Source: Klebsormidium nitens (lineage: Eukaryota > Plantae > Klebsormidiophyceae). Taken from it: a DNA stretch of 58,111 nucleotides. The stretch's first letter is position 1, and each line of letters opens with the position of its first letter. A program made the position numbers and the translations under genes. The stretch covers positions 1-58,111 of the forward strand of contig DF237509.1 of assembly GCA_000708835.1 (NCBI GenBank), given 5' to 3'. Positions 37,801-48,400 of this stretch are shown here, piece by piece. Below the pieces are notes generated by a model. The model saw nothing but the letters and a program-made list of their open reading frames with translations, was not told the origin of the DNA and ran no database searches.

Positions 37801-38585
37801 TGTCACCTTGACGGCCTCAACGTCTTCTATCTCCGCAGTTCGCTGGCAGCGTGCCCAGCAGTCCCACTGCCGCGGGCCGCCCCGGCGGCGGTGCTCGCAT
37901 AGACCTGGCGGTGCTGGGCCCCGGGGCCGTGTTTGGCGAGGCGTGCCTCTCGGGGGCGCCCCTCGAGTACTCTGTCGCGGCCGCGTCTGTGCGCGTGGAG
38001 CTGCTGGTGCTGCACCCCGCGGACGTGCGCGCGCTGGGCGGCTCCCTCGTGGGCGCCGTCGCCGCGCTCGCGGATGCCAAGGCCGCCTTCCGCGCGGCGC
38101 ACCACGGGCTCGCGGTCGCGGCCGGCCAGCGCAACGGCGACGAGGCGGGGCGGCAGCTGCCGGCGTGGCTGCAGAAGCTGCCGGCGCACCTGCTGGCCAC
38201 GGCCCAGGGAGGGGGGGCCCCCGACACGCTGCTCTCACCCCGGCTGGCCCCCCTCACCGATGCAGCCGCCAGCTTTCCGGGGCCGTCGTCTCCGGGCGCG
38301 CAGACCCCTCGCCGAAAGCCGCGGTTGGATCTCGACATCCCGCCTGCAAGCGACCCGCAGTTGGGCGGCTTTCCATCGCCGGCTCCGCGGGCGAACTTGA
38401 ACGAAGCTGGGAGTCCGTCCGCGGGGCGAGCGAAGCTGGGGTTCTCCCTCTCTTGGCCACCGCGGCCGAACAGCCCCCCGGGGTCGCCCAGCCGCGCAAT
38501 CGCGCCGTCGCCGGCGGACTCGTCCCTGGAGGCACACATGGCGCAGGTCATGGGCGCCTCGTGGGGCCTGCGCTCGAGCGCGTGA
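31840..38585 (+). CDS. Protein with four cyclic-nucleotide-binding-like (CNBD/CAP_ED) domains; apparent 1-nt frameshift at 33525-33532
   Basis: Four FGE motifs: GFGEEAL, AFGEEAL, AFGELEL, VFGEACL. Approximate exons 31840-31880, 32228-32388, 32761-32925, 33109-33216, 33450-33789, 34077-34263, 34511-34607, 34891-36110, 36448-36522, 37283-37504 and 37839-38585. Could be a recent pseudogene if the indel is real. Confidence 0.8.
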
Positions 38586-39559
38586 GCGGGTGCGGGCACG
38601 GGCAGGAGACTCGGGGAAGGAGCGGGACCTAAACAATGAGCCCAAGTCCATACCCCTTAAAACGGGTCAACTCGGGGCTTGGTCAATAAGGTCGATCCAC
38701 ATTCGTAAAAGCGATTCTGGCACTTGTGGACAGCCCCCGCGTGCCTGCGATGGCCCGGCAGCAGCAAAAAAGAGACTCGGCATACCCCGTCACACGAGGA
38801 GGCGTCCTCAAGTTGCGGATCAATCAATCAGGGCACTGGGTAGAAATTACTCAGCGGCCACAAAGCTTCGTGTGTCACCTGTATATCTAGCTAGGGGGGC
38901 TGCATTCTTGCATCACTGAATCATCTAGTGTACAATCATATGGGTGAAAGGGGCACGATCGAAAGTAGCTGCTTTGTCACATCTCAACGGCAGCCATAGA
39001 GCTCGCGCTCCCGGTTTAGAGCTACGCATTTTCCTTTGTGCTTAGGTGAGTTGGGCAAGCATTCAAGCATTGATTATCGTGATGATAATAATCAGGATCA
39101 GGTATGTACAGTAAATTGGCTGAAACGGACCGTCTGGTAATTGACAGCATTGCATTGATTGAAAACATTGAGAATCTCGATGGCATCGATCGAATGGATT
39201 ATCCTTCATTGCCAATCATGCACACGTTGTTGACCGGCCTAAAATTTGATCATGCATGCAGCTAGTGACCAGAAAGTGCTAGCTAATTGTAAAGCGTGAA
39301 TTTCTGCCCTTGAATTCTAATCCAATGTTTTTCAGTGCACGTGGCTGAGCGGACGTATGAGTCTCAATCAATCAGCTTGTAATTAGATTAAATAATACGA
39401 AGCTTTGACAAGGCTTCGCTTAGCGGTGCCCCGACCGGGCGCCCTCTTGTGACGGTACCGATTCGATCAATATAGATCTTCTTGATTGGATCCCATGATT
39501 TGTGGGCACGGAGGCACTACCGTCAGGATCGGCATATGACTCGATTCGTGCATGGTACT

Positions 39560-40075
39560 TAATTATAGATTAGATGATTAAACGTCGGTTCGGACCCGTG
39601 GCCGGCTAAGTCAACGACTGAAACCATCCACCGTTCTGCACTAATCTTGTCCTTACTTCAAAGGCTAGGTGCAAAAACCTCCCCACTTCATGTTGATCCT
39701 GCAAATTGAGGAAGAGCTTCAAGCTCTTTACTCTGTTCTCAAAGAGGATAAATGGAACAAATTCCGTTAATAGCATCGTATGCTGGACAATCATATACGA
39801 AAAGGCTTCGTCCTCTACCTCATGCCCGTCGCACACAATGCACAATACCGCTGATTGGCTCGAGGCTTTCCCTGCCATGCATAAGTCGCTTTAGACAACT
39901 TATGAGCCCCAGGTCTAAATCTGGCCAACGTATATAGAAACGGAGCATGCTCAATCTGATCCAAATATATATGGCTCGTACGCATATCCTTGCTTTACGT
40001 GCTCGAAGTACGTACAGCTTTGAGCCCATGCTCCTCCCCGACTCGGAGATCTTGCATGTACGCAAATTCTAAGAA
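39560..40075 (-). mobile_element. Degenerate 5'-truncated non-LTR retrotransposon (LINE) ORF2 3' end
   Basis: Across frameshifts the minus strand reads YFEHVKQGYAYEPYI / LARFRPGAHKLSKATYAWQGKPR / CxxC-DGHEVEDEA / DCPAYDAI / SLKLFLNLQDQHEVGRFLHLAFEVR. This matches the RFRxGxHxL...CxxC...EDExHF..CxxY C-terminal knuckle of LINE ORF2. A short AATC/ATCT-like tail lies near 39560-39580. Confidence 0.75.
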
Positions 40076-40887
40076 ACCTCGGAGAGACCTCGGAGAGACC
40101 GGACGTTGAACTCGGCAGCCCCAAATTGGTCGGCACTAGAAACGAGTTCTTGGCTTTCTCAACAACGTCTGCGACCCACCCTCCCTCGCCCGTCGCGCAA
40201 TATCCCCCGACTCCTCTAGAGCTGATCGGGCCAACCTGTCCTCCGAGAGGCTATAGAGGTTCGATTCACAAACTTAAAACTTGCTCCCATAGTCGGACGA
40301 CTCGGACCATGCGGGAAAACGGCCGAACTCGCCAAGAACCGCCTTTGACAAATATATGGACAAACATGTGCGAATTATCGTTGTGCCATGCATGTTGTGA
40401 AATCAAATAACCACCTGGTGCACGAGGAAGAGTAGGCCCTTAACATGTTGACTCGGCATGAACATGCCCGACCGAGTTCTTGCATGGCATGTATAATTCC
40501 GCCAGGGTGCATGCACATCATGTGTTGCTGCATGTCAGAGATCCTTGATGCAGCTAGATAGCTTGGCGACAATTCCAGCCTTGCAAGTCACTTAATTGGA
40601 TGGTAGCATGAATCTACAGATTCGTGGGGCGCGACTTCCACGAACGCGAGGTACTACTTGTCAAAGCATACGTGACCATCATGCCATGCCATGTCTTCAC
40701 ACCGATCATGGTCCCAAGAAGCGTGTCGAGTCATCAGTTGAAGCTCGGAGGGACCTATTCTGCATCGCTCCGACAGGACAGAGGGTTCAGCCACTACGCA
40801 AATCCTTGGAGTCCAACACTGCGGGCGCTTAATCCGTCAGAACAACTGGAGGGGGACTTCATTGCAACCTGAGAGTGCATCCACAGC

Positions 40888-43800
40888 TCAGTCGTCGTGC
40901 GTCTTGACCTTCCGTGCTCGTTTATGTTGCGGTTGCAACGTGGGTGATGGTTCTTCGCCGGACTTGTGAGGCCCTTTCCGCTTAACACCCGCACCCGTCG
41001 GAGTACCGCGCGTGGACACCGACCGCTGTACCCACTTCAAACACGAGAAGAAGACACGTCAGACAACAACTGGAGTGCGCCAGGTAGCCATATAAGCTCT
41101 CTGAACCTCGTGCAAGACCGGCAAGACTGCGCAGCCATAACTGAACGACAATCTCGCAAATTGCCCCGGGTAACCTCCGGGCTCAAGTCGGGATTCAAGG
41201 GACTCCATGTAATCAACACCTGCTTGCCCACTCTGTTTCCACAAAGCGAGCATCCGAGTGCATGTGCGGCTGACCTTTCCGTCTGCGAGGCGCACGTCGG
41301 TGCCCGGGTTGTCGCGCAGCGCGGCCGCCTCGGCCTCCTTCTGCTGCACCTTCTTCTGCAGCATGTACAGCACCGCAATCGCCTTGCGCAGCCGCTCGTA
41401 CTCCAGGCACACCGCGCGCGTCGGCACCCGCGGGGCAGGCGCCAGCTGGACACACGCACCACCCACGGACCACCGCGCGTCAGACACCAAGGACACACCC
41501 TTAGGCTCCGAATGCGTTGTCTCTCAGCAGAGTATCGAAGCCCGATCAGGCTTCATTTCAGCAGATTGCACGTACATCAAGGTCAAATCGCTAATGAGCT
41601 CAGCCACCCGCTTTCATTTGAATTCCACTGCTCAAACCCGAACGTGAAGTATACTGGCCCGAGCTTCAAAAGGGAAGGCTATCCGTCAAGTCCGAACAAC
41701 TGAAGAGACCCCCGCAACCATGTAAGGTTGACCGCTCGGAGAAACCCATCGCTGGCCCCTCGGTTTAAGCCTATCCTCCCTGCTAGAGCCTGACAAGCCT
41801 TGCAACTCGCCAGTCGTTCGCATGGCCCGGCCGCGCATGGTGCGGGCCGTGTGTGCTCACCCCGAGCTCCTCCAGCGTCTTCTCGAGGCGCTTGGCGGTC
41901 CTGCTGCCCTGCGGCCCTTGCGCGGCCTGCGCGGCAGCTGCGGCGAGGCGCACGCCCCGGACGTACATTCGCGGCTGCAGCACAACAAAAGAAGAGAACG
42001 ATGTTCACATCCCGCACGCAATTGCATCAGCAACAGCTAGCTTCTCAAAACGAGGGCAATGAATGCATGGTCAAACTTGAACGAGGTCCCATTATGCCGG
42101 CAACTGGGCAAGGGGGTCTCCCCCGGTGAATCATGCGTGCCAACGCGAGGGATGAGGTAGCGGACAAGGCATGCAAATGCACACTAATCGGCCTCAGCAA
42201 GTGGCCCCCTTCCCGGGGCTTGTTCGTACCGGGGCCTTGCCCGTGCTGGGAGCGGCTCCGGTGGCTGTGGGGGGCTGCACCGCGGTGGCCGCCTTGAGGA
42301 GCGCCTTGGGCGTGCCTGCGGGGGTGGCCTCTGGCCCAGACGGCTTGCGCAGCAGGGCCGCAGCCGCCTTGCGAGCCTCCGCTATCCGGCGGGCCTCGGC
42401 CATGACCTGCCGGCACGCACAAGGAGCAGCCAGAGATCAGGGCGGGCACCCAGAAAAACGGCTGAAGGAGACAGGTAAGGACTTCGTACATCAAGAATAG
42501 GCGCACACAAACTCAGGCAGGTCAATCTCTATCTATACAGCAAAGAGTTTCAGTGACACTGGCTCTGTTGCCTGCTGATCAGACGGACGAAGCTGGACCA
42601 ACAAGATGGTCCGGAGGCAACGATGTGGCCCATGTTTGGACAGGGTTTGGAGTATACACATCTGTCAACGAATAAAGAGACCTTTACAGAGGGAATCAGT
42701 CTAATGTACCGTCCCAACTCATGAGTTTCCGATCCAACTCGGACGCACACAAGTTTTCAGAACAAATAGGAAGTGCGCTCGTCTCTCTCCGACAAAGCGA
42801 GCGATCGAAACCCGGTCGAGGCAACATTTCTCCTTTTTCCGCACGCCGCGCAGACCGTACTCACACCGGTTCCCAAAATCGACGTCACGCGGGCAAAATC
42901 GCCGTTCGATCAAAGTTTACCGTACGCGGCTGACGTCAGGCGTTCCGGATCCCAGGACGCCCTTTTTTAAGGTAGTCTTCATCGAAGAGTTTGATGGCAA
43001 ACTGGGCGGGTGGCCGTGGCTGTGCGCTGCGCTGCCTCACCTCGTGCTCTTCCTGCTCCTGCTCCTTGGACTGGCTCAGCAGCAGAGTGAGCGCCTTCTT
43101 GCGGGTCACCTCGTGCACCACGTTGAACGGCTCCTGCACGATCCAACGGCAAGGCCAGCATCAGGGCGCAAGGCAACAGACAAGCCAGACTACATTGACA
43201 ATTTTACCGGATCCCTAGTCAGCTGGTGATCCCAAGTGTTTGACGGGACCCAAAGAGGTCAGGACGTGGACCCCAGGCCCGCTTGATCATAAAGAAAGTG
43301 CGCGCGTCGGCGGCCGCAGTCAACAATCGGCGGTGGTCATCTACCACAGAGAAACAGGCTGCCAGTACGGATCAAGTCATCCTCAGCAACTTCGGCCGGT
43401 CATGGCCCTGCCGAGTCTTCTACATGTACCGACAGGAGGTACTCGAACTGTCTCCCCACAGGCCAATCGGGTCACCGATATTTGCAGAGTAGTGGAGGTA
43501 TCCCCGAAGTCACTCTGATCGCAGGGCGCTGCCGCGGCGGCTGACCTTGACCAGCGGGTGGTCCGCCACGTCATCCTCGTCGTGCGCGCGCGCCAGCAGC
43601 AGTTGCCGCGCCACGCCGTAGTAGCGCTCCTTCATCTCCTCCACGCTGCGCGGGCGGTCCAGCCCCCAGCGGTCCGCCATGATGATGAAGCGCAGGTCGT
43701 ACTGGCGCGCCAGCGTGAGCAGCTGGTCCGTCTCCTCGCGGCTCCAGCGCGGGTCCTGCAGGCACCGCGCGTACTCCTCGTCGCTGTACTCGGGCACCTC

Positions 43801-44879
43801 CAGCGCGCGTCTGAACTTGTCAAACTGGTACGGGGCCGCTGGGGCGCCGGGCGTCAGCGGGACCTGCGCAAGTGAGCGTCCCGAATCAGGTCAAGCTTTG
43901 TGTCTATACGGCCTCTCTGTTAGGATTATACAAGAGGTTTATGGGCCAGTCAGAGACTTCTCTGACTCTCTCTATGCTGAGGAAGCGTGAGTATGGGGCT
44001 CTCTCACCATCCATTGGCTGCCGTGAAGTAATCAAGTAATCTGAAACAAGCCGCTTAAGGCCCGCGCCCCTCAACCAACTTCACTACTTGAAGGGGCTCC
44101 CCTTATTCAGGCTTGTCCATCAGCGGTGCCTGTGTGGCCCCAGCCTCCGCCGCTGGATGTGCAGCACCACCATTAAGGCCCGACTTGCAGTGGTGGGATG
44201 GGGCTCACCCAGTGGTGCAGCTGTAGGGCGTCCTTCCTGGCGGCGGGCGTGAAGGGCAGCCAGCCCCAGCGCACCGCCTTGCCCGCCTTCTTCTTGCCCT
44301 TGCCCACCTCCACCGCAGGCATGATGGCGTGCGGCAAGCCCCCCGTCAGGGCATACACCTGCACCAGAGCGACCGGTCCAGTTACGGTTCCCACAAAAGG
44401 CATGCTGGGCTGTGGGGGCTCAGATCGGTTGCAACGCTTTTCAAAACTCAAGTAGTCTAGACTTTATTGACAAAAGGGCAATGCCTAGGAAACTCAGAAT
44501 CAGCAAGGATTACGAAAAGCACCAGCTTGTGCCTGGAACCAATGCTGACAGGCAAGCGCATGTTCAGAAAACACCTGGCCGACGCCAACATTCATTTCAG
44601 ATGAGCAATTTGAAAGCTTAGTACATATTCAGCTATTCAATCAAGTTTTGCCAATCTCAGCCTTCACAGATATAGTCTGATCCTGCACTTAATTGGGCAG
44701 CGATAGCGTGAACGAGGCACAATGCATGAGCTGGAACTGCTGGTGGCATGATGAACTGCTGCCCCCACCTCGCGGCTGACCCCGTCTGGTTTGCGCTGCG
44801 CCGGCTCCTTGCTGACTTTGGCCTTGCCTTTGGGCAGCCCATCTTGCCGCAGCCCCAGGATGTCCTTCGCATCCGCCAT
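40888..44879 (-). CDS. SWC4: SWR1/NuA4 subunit SWC4 / DNA methyltransferase 1-associated protein 1
   Basis: MADAKDILGL (44879-44769); WGWLPFTPAARKDALQLHHW (44358-44209); SANT domain WSREETDQLLTLARQYDLRFIIMADRW...RSVEEMKERYY (43863-43546); later exons including VPTRAVCLEYERLR; last exon ends KRARKVKTHDD-stop. Confidence 0.93.
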
Positions 44880-45122
44880 TGGACGGCGTCCGGGGGCAGA
44901 ACTAGGATGCTGGCCAGCGCGTTGAGCGGTTGAAAAATGATCAATCAGACGGACGCAGTTTTTGTGCAAAATGAAGACAAGCAGATGAGAAGCTAGTCAC
45001 TCTTGCCTTCTATTCCACCATTTGCTGCTGCACGTACTATGAGAATGAGAACAAGAAATGCATTCGAGATACCTACCTATAGAGATGAAAGAAAAAGATC
45101 AAAGATGAAGGGAAGTAACAAA

Positions 45123-45131
45123 CTAGGGTTT
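45123..45131 (-). promoter_or_regulatory. Telo-box-like motif AAACCCTAG in the SWC4/RNL divergent promoter
   Basis: CTAGGGTTT on the plus strand, about 245 bp upstream of the SWC4 ATG; motif match only. Confidence 0.3.
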
Positions 45132-45453
45132 TGGCAGGTCACTCGTTGAAGTCGGCCGGAAGCAGTGGCAAAGCTGGGCAGATGCACGCGGGCGGGCGAT
45201 CGTCAAACCCTGAACCTTGGTCTGTGGGAACGAACTTTGTAGCCGCGACGCAACCAGGTGAGCGCAACCGCACTGCGGCACAACCGTCTCGTTGCAACTT
45301 GCCAGTCAGGTTCAATCAGTGCACACTCACAAATGACTTGCGTGTGCCCTCACCGTGACGCAACAGGTGGAACGATGTGGTCCTGCCCAGGCAGCAGGGT
45401 GGAGGCATTCTCCCTCTGCCGAGTTTCGGTGGTCCACCATACTGCATTAGGAA

Positions 45454-48400
45454 ATGCAATCGCAGGCTCGTCTTGTCAATGCCAATGGCCAACTCTGGCG
45501 GTGGTTTGACAGATTGAACCCTTCAAAACTCAGAGGTGGCCGCTGGTCTCTCTCATCGCCCCCATTTGCAGGACCAGTTGCAACACTTACAAGGACTCCT
45601 TTGAAAGCAACCACCTTGAAGACAAGCATCACCACAAGGCAGCTTCCTCGCTTCACGCACCTTTCCGGGTTCACTTCAACACCCCCACATTTGGTATGAT
45701 TTCTCGCTGGGCTTGCTTGCTTGCATACTCTCTTCCTTTGCCTGTTTCATGTTCCGGGTGACGCAGTTCTGGAATGCTCAAGTCTTATGATTTGCTACAG
45801 ACTACTGTACTCATTGGCCAAGTTCTAGCTTCCCTTTGTTTTGAGTGTTGACTTTAGGGTGGTGCATTTCTGCCAGGCCAGGATGGCTCCCCGCCGAAGC
45901 GGCAAGCAGGGCGGCGCCAAGGCGGGCAAGTCGCAGCAGGTGAGCGTGGCGGTGGAGGGGGAGGAGCAGCTGCAGGAGGAGCTGGCGGGCATGCGCCTGG
46001 AGGACAAGGCGCCAAAGCGTACCACCCCCCATGAGGCACCCAAGAGCAGTGCCAGCAGCTCCAAAGGCCCCCATGGCGGCCTAGTGGGAAAGGCCAGGCT
46101 GCAGGCGGCCTTCTACCCCAAGTTTGAGAATGAGTCATCAGACCAGGCGGTAGGCTCTCAAAACATTGCATGGGATGTAATGGTGCTCTCGTTCTCATCA
46201 GCCTGCTTTAAGTTACTGCATCTGGGTCACTCAGAGCTGGAAAGGGTTGATCATGAAGGGGAAGCCCCTGAAGCTCTGGATGCTCTCAGATAGTAGAGAC
46301 TGTGCTAGACAAGCAGGAGTAACCTTAGATGGTATCACGGTAGCGTCAATGCTGTGGGCTTTGACATCAATTCCGTTGATGGCTGCTACAGCTGCATACC
46401 CTGCTGTCTCAATCCCCTGAGTACACTACCTTCTCTCAGACTGTTCCCTGCTCCTTTGACCTTCCCCCTCTCATCTGCGCTCACAGCGCTGCGTTTCCCT
46501 CCAGGTGCGTGACCGCATGCTGGCCATTGTGGCTGCTGGGAAGGGCGTGCTGGAGGTGTCCCAGAAGCACTCGGGGAGCCTGTTCATGTGGTCGGGGGGC
46601 AGCCGCGGCTTCGCCAAGAACAGCTGGGGCAACGAGTACACCGCAGTGGGCCTGTTTGTGGTGGCGCGCACGCTGCGGGACGCGTGGGGCGCCCAGGCAG
46701 ACACCAAGATGCAGGAGCTCAACCAGCTGCTGCAGGTGACGCGCACATGAAGTCGAAGTTATTATTATTCTTCATCTCCTACCATACAAATCATAGGGGC
46801 ATTGCAACTCCAACCGGTTTTCACTTGCTATCATCTGGTCATTGTGGCATCTGCAACTCCAACGTCTTACAACAGCAGCTCCAGGACAAGCCAAGTCCTG
46901 AGTCCTGGTTTAGAAACATCACCCAGCAGGAGGCCCCAAAAAGTTCCGCCTCAGGCTGAGTGGTGGGCGGTGCTCGGTGCAGGCGCGCAACCTGTGTGTT
47001 GCCATGGAGCTGGTGACGGCGGTGCTGGGGGACCACGGGCAGCGGCCCAAGCAGGACTACGTGGTCATCACCGCCATCTCCGAGCTGGGAGGGGGTGTGC
47101 AACCCCGCTTCTGGGCCACCCCCCAGATCGTGGAGTTTTGCCGGCAGTGGCGGCTGCCGACCAACCAGTACTGGCTGTTTGCCAGCACGCAGTCCGCCGG
47201 CACGTACTTTGAGATCTTTGACATGATCGGGGAGGAGGGCACCGCCAGCGAGGTCACGGAGAGCATGGACAAGATTGCCGACGTTGCAGTGCCACGTGAG
47301 AGACCCGCCACCCCCAGCAATTGCTCATCCTTTTAACCAATTCTGTTGGCAACTCCTCTACTCCAACCCTGCCATGCAGTGTTTCGTCAGAGTCAGAGTC
47401 CATGACTCCTGCCAAAATGTTGAGGGTTTCGCCATCCTTGGATTCTGATGGAGGCGGTCGATGAATTGTAGGGAAGCTTGACAAGGCTGAGAATGGAAAG
47501 CTCCAAAGTACAAAACTCTGAACAGTGAGCCTGCTTAAGGGTTATTGTGTAGCCCATGGTGGTTATCTGGGTCCAGACCGCAGTCAGACAAGAGACCCTT
47601 TACAATATCTGCTGTATCTCATTCCGCCTGCGTGGTGCTTGCAGCTACTGTGGACCACCGCGTGGTGCAGGGCGAGATCCTGGAGGGGCTGGTGGTGCGC
47701 CTAGTAAGCCCGCGCAGTGTGGACCAGCTGCGCCGCGTCATCCACGACCACCCGCTGCCCGACGCCCCCCCGGCGGCGGGGAAGGGCAGGAGCCTGCGGG
47801 ACATCTACGGGGACGCCAGCTTGAAGGAGAAGCAGGTGGGGCGAGCATAAGGCTGAAGAAATCTGGCCAGCCAGGCTGTATAGGGAAGTACATAGGGAGG
47901 TACATGCGAGGGCTGTGAAAGCGAACCCGGACTTGCCTTATCTGCATCTGCCATGGATTCTCTATCCGCAACAAGGTCAAACCCGGCAAGGACGCAATCA
48001 CGATACTGCTGTAATTCAGACTCTTGAAATAGTTGCGGGTCCAACCAGATTGCTGAATATCTCTCAATTTGTTCTTGAGCTGCGCATGCGTGCTGATTCC
48101 GTCTCTGTGCACGGTGCAGCGGTTGGAGGCCCTGCTGGCGGCGTGTGGGCCGCACATGGTGCCCAGCCCGCACGACTGGGACGACTCCTCTTACGACCAC
48201 ACCACCGACGCGCGCGCGACGGTGCCTGAGACCAACGCTTTCAAGACCTTCCTTTCGGCCCGCCCCGCTGACTACACAACCACAAAACTCCAGGTGAGAG
48301 AAGCTAGCCACCCTGCCAAACGCCCCACCTTATTCAGGATAAAACGAAACACCACCTTGCTTGACGTGCGGCAAGCAGTATATTGCCGGAGGCGAAATGC

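Noticed and set aside
30431-39150. Identical 14-mer GTAATTGACAGCAT at 30431 and 39137 flanking the CNBD gene
   Set aside because: Several exact 14-mer matches are expected by chance in 58 kb, and the flanks do not extend the match.
40258-40267. GGTTCGATTC B-box-like motif (tRNA or SINE?)
   Set aside because: No convincing A-box or cloverleaf stems around it.
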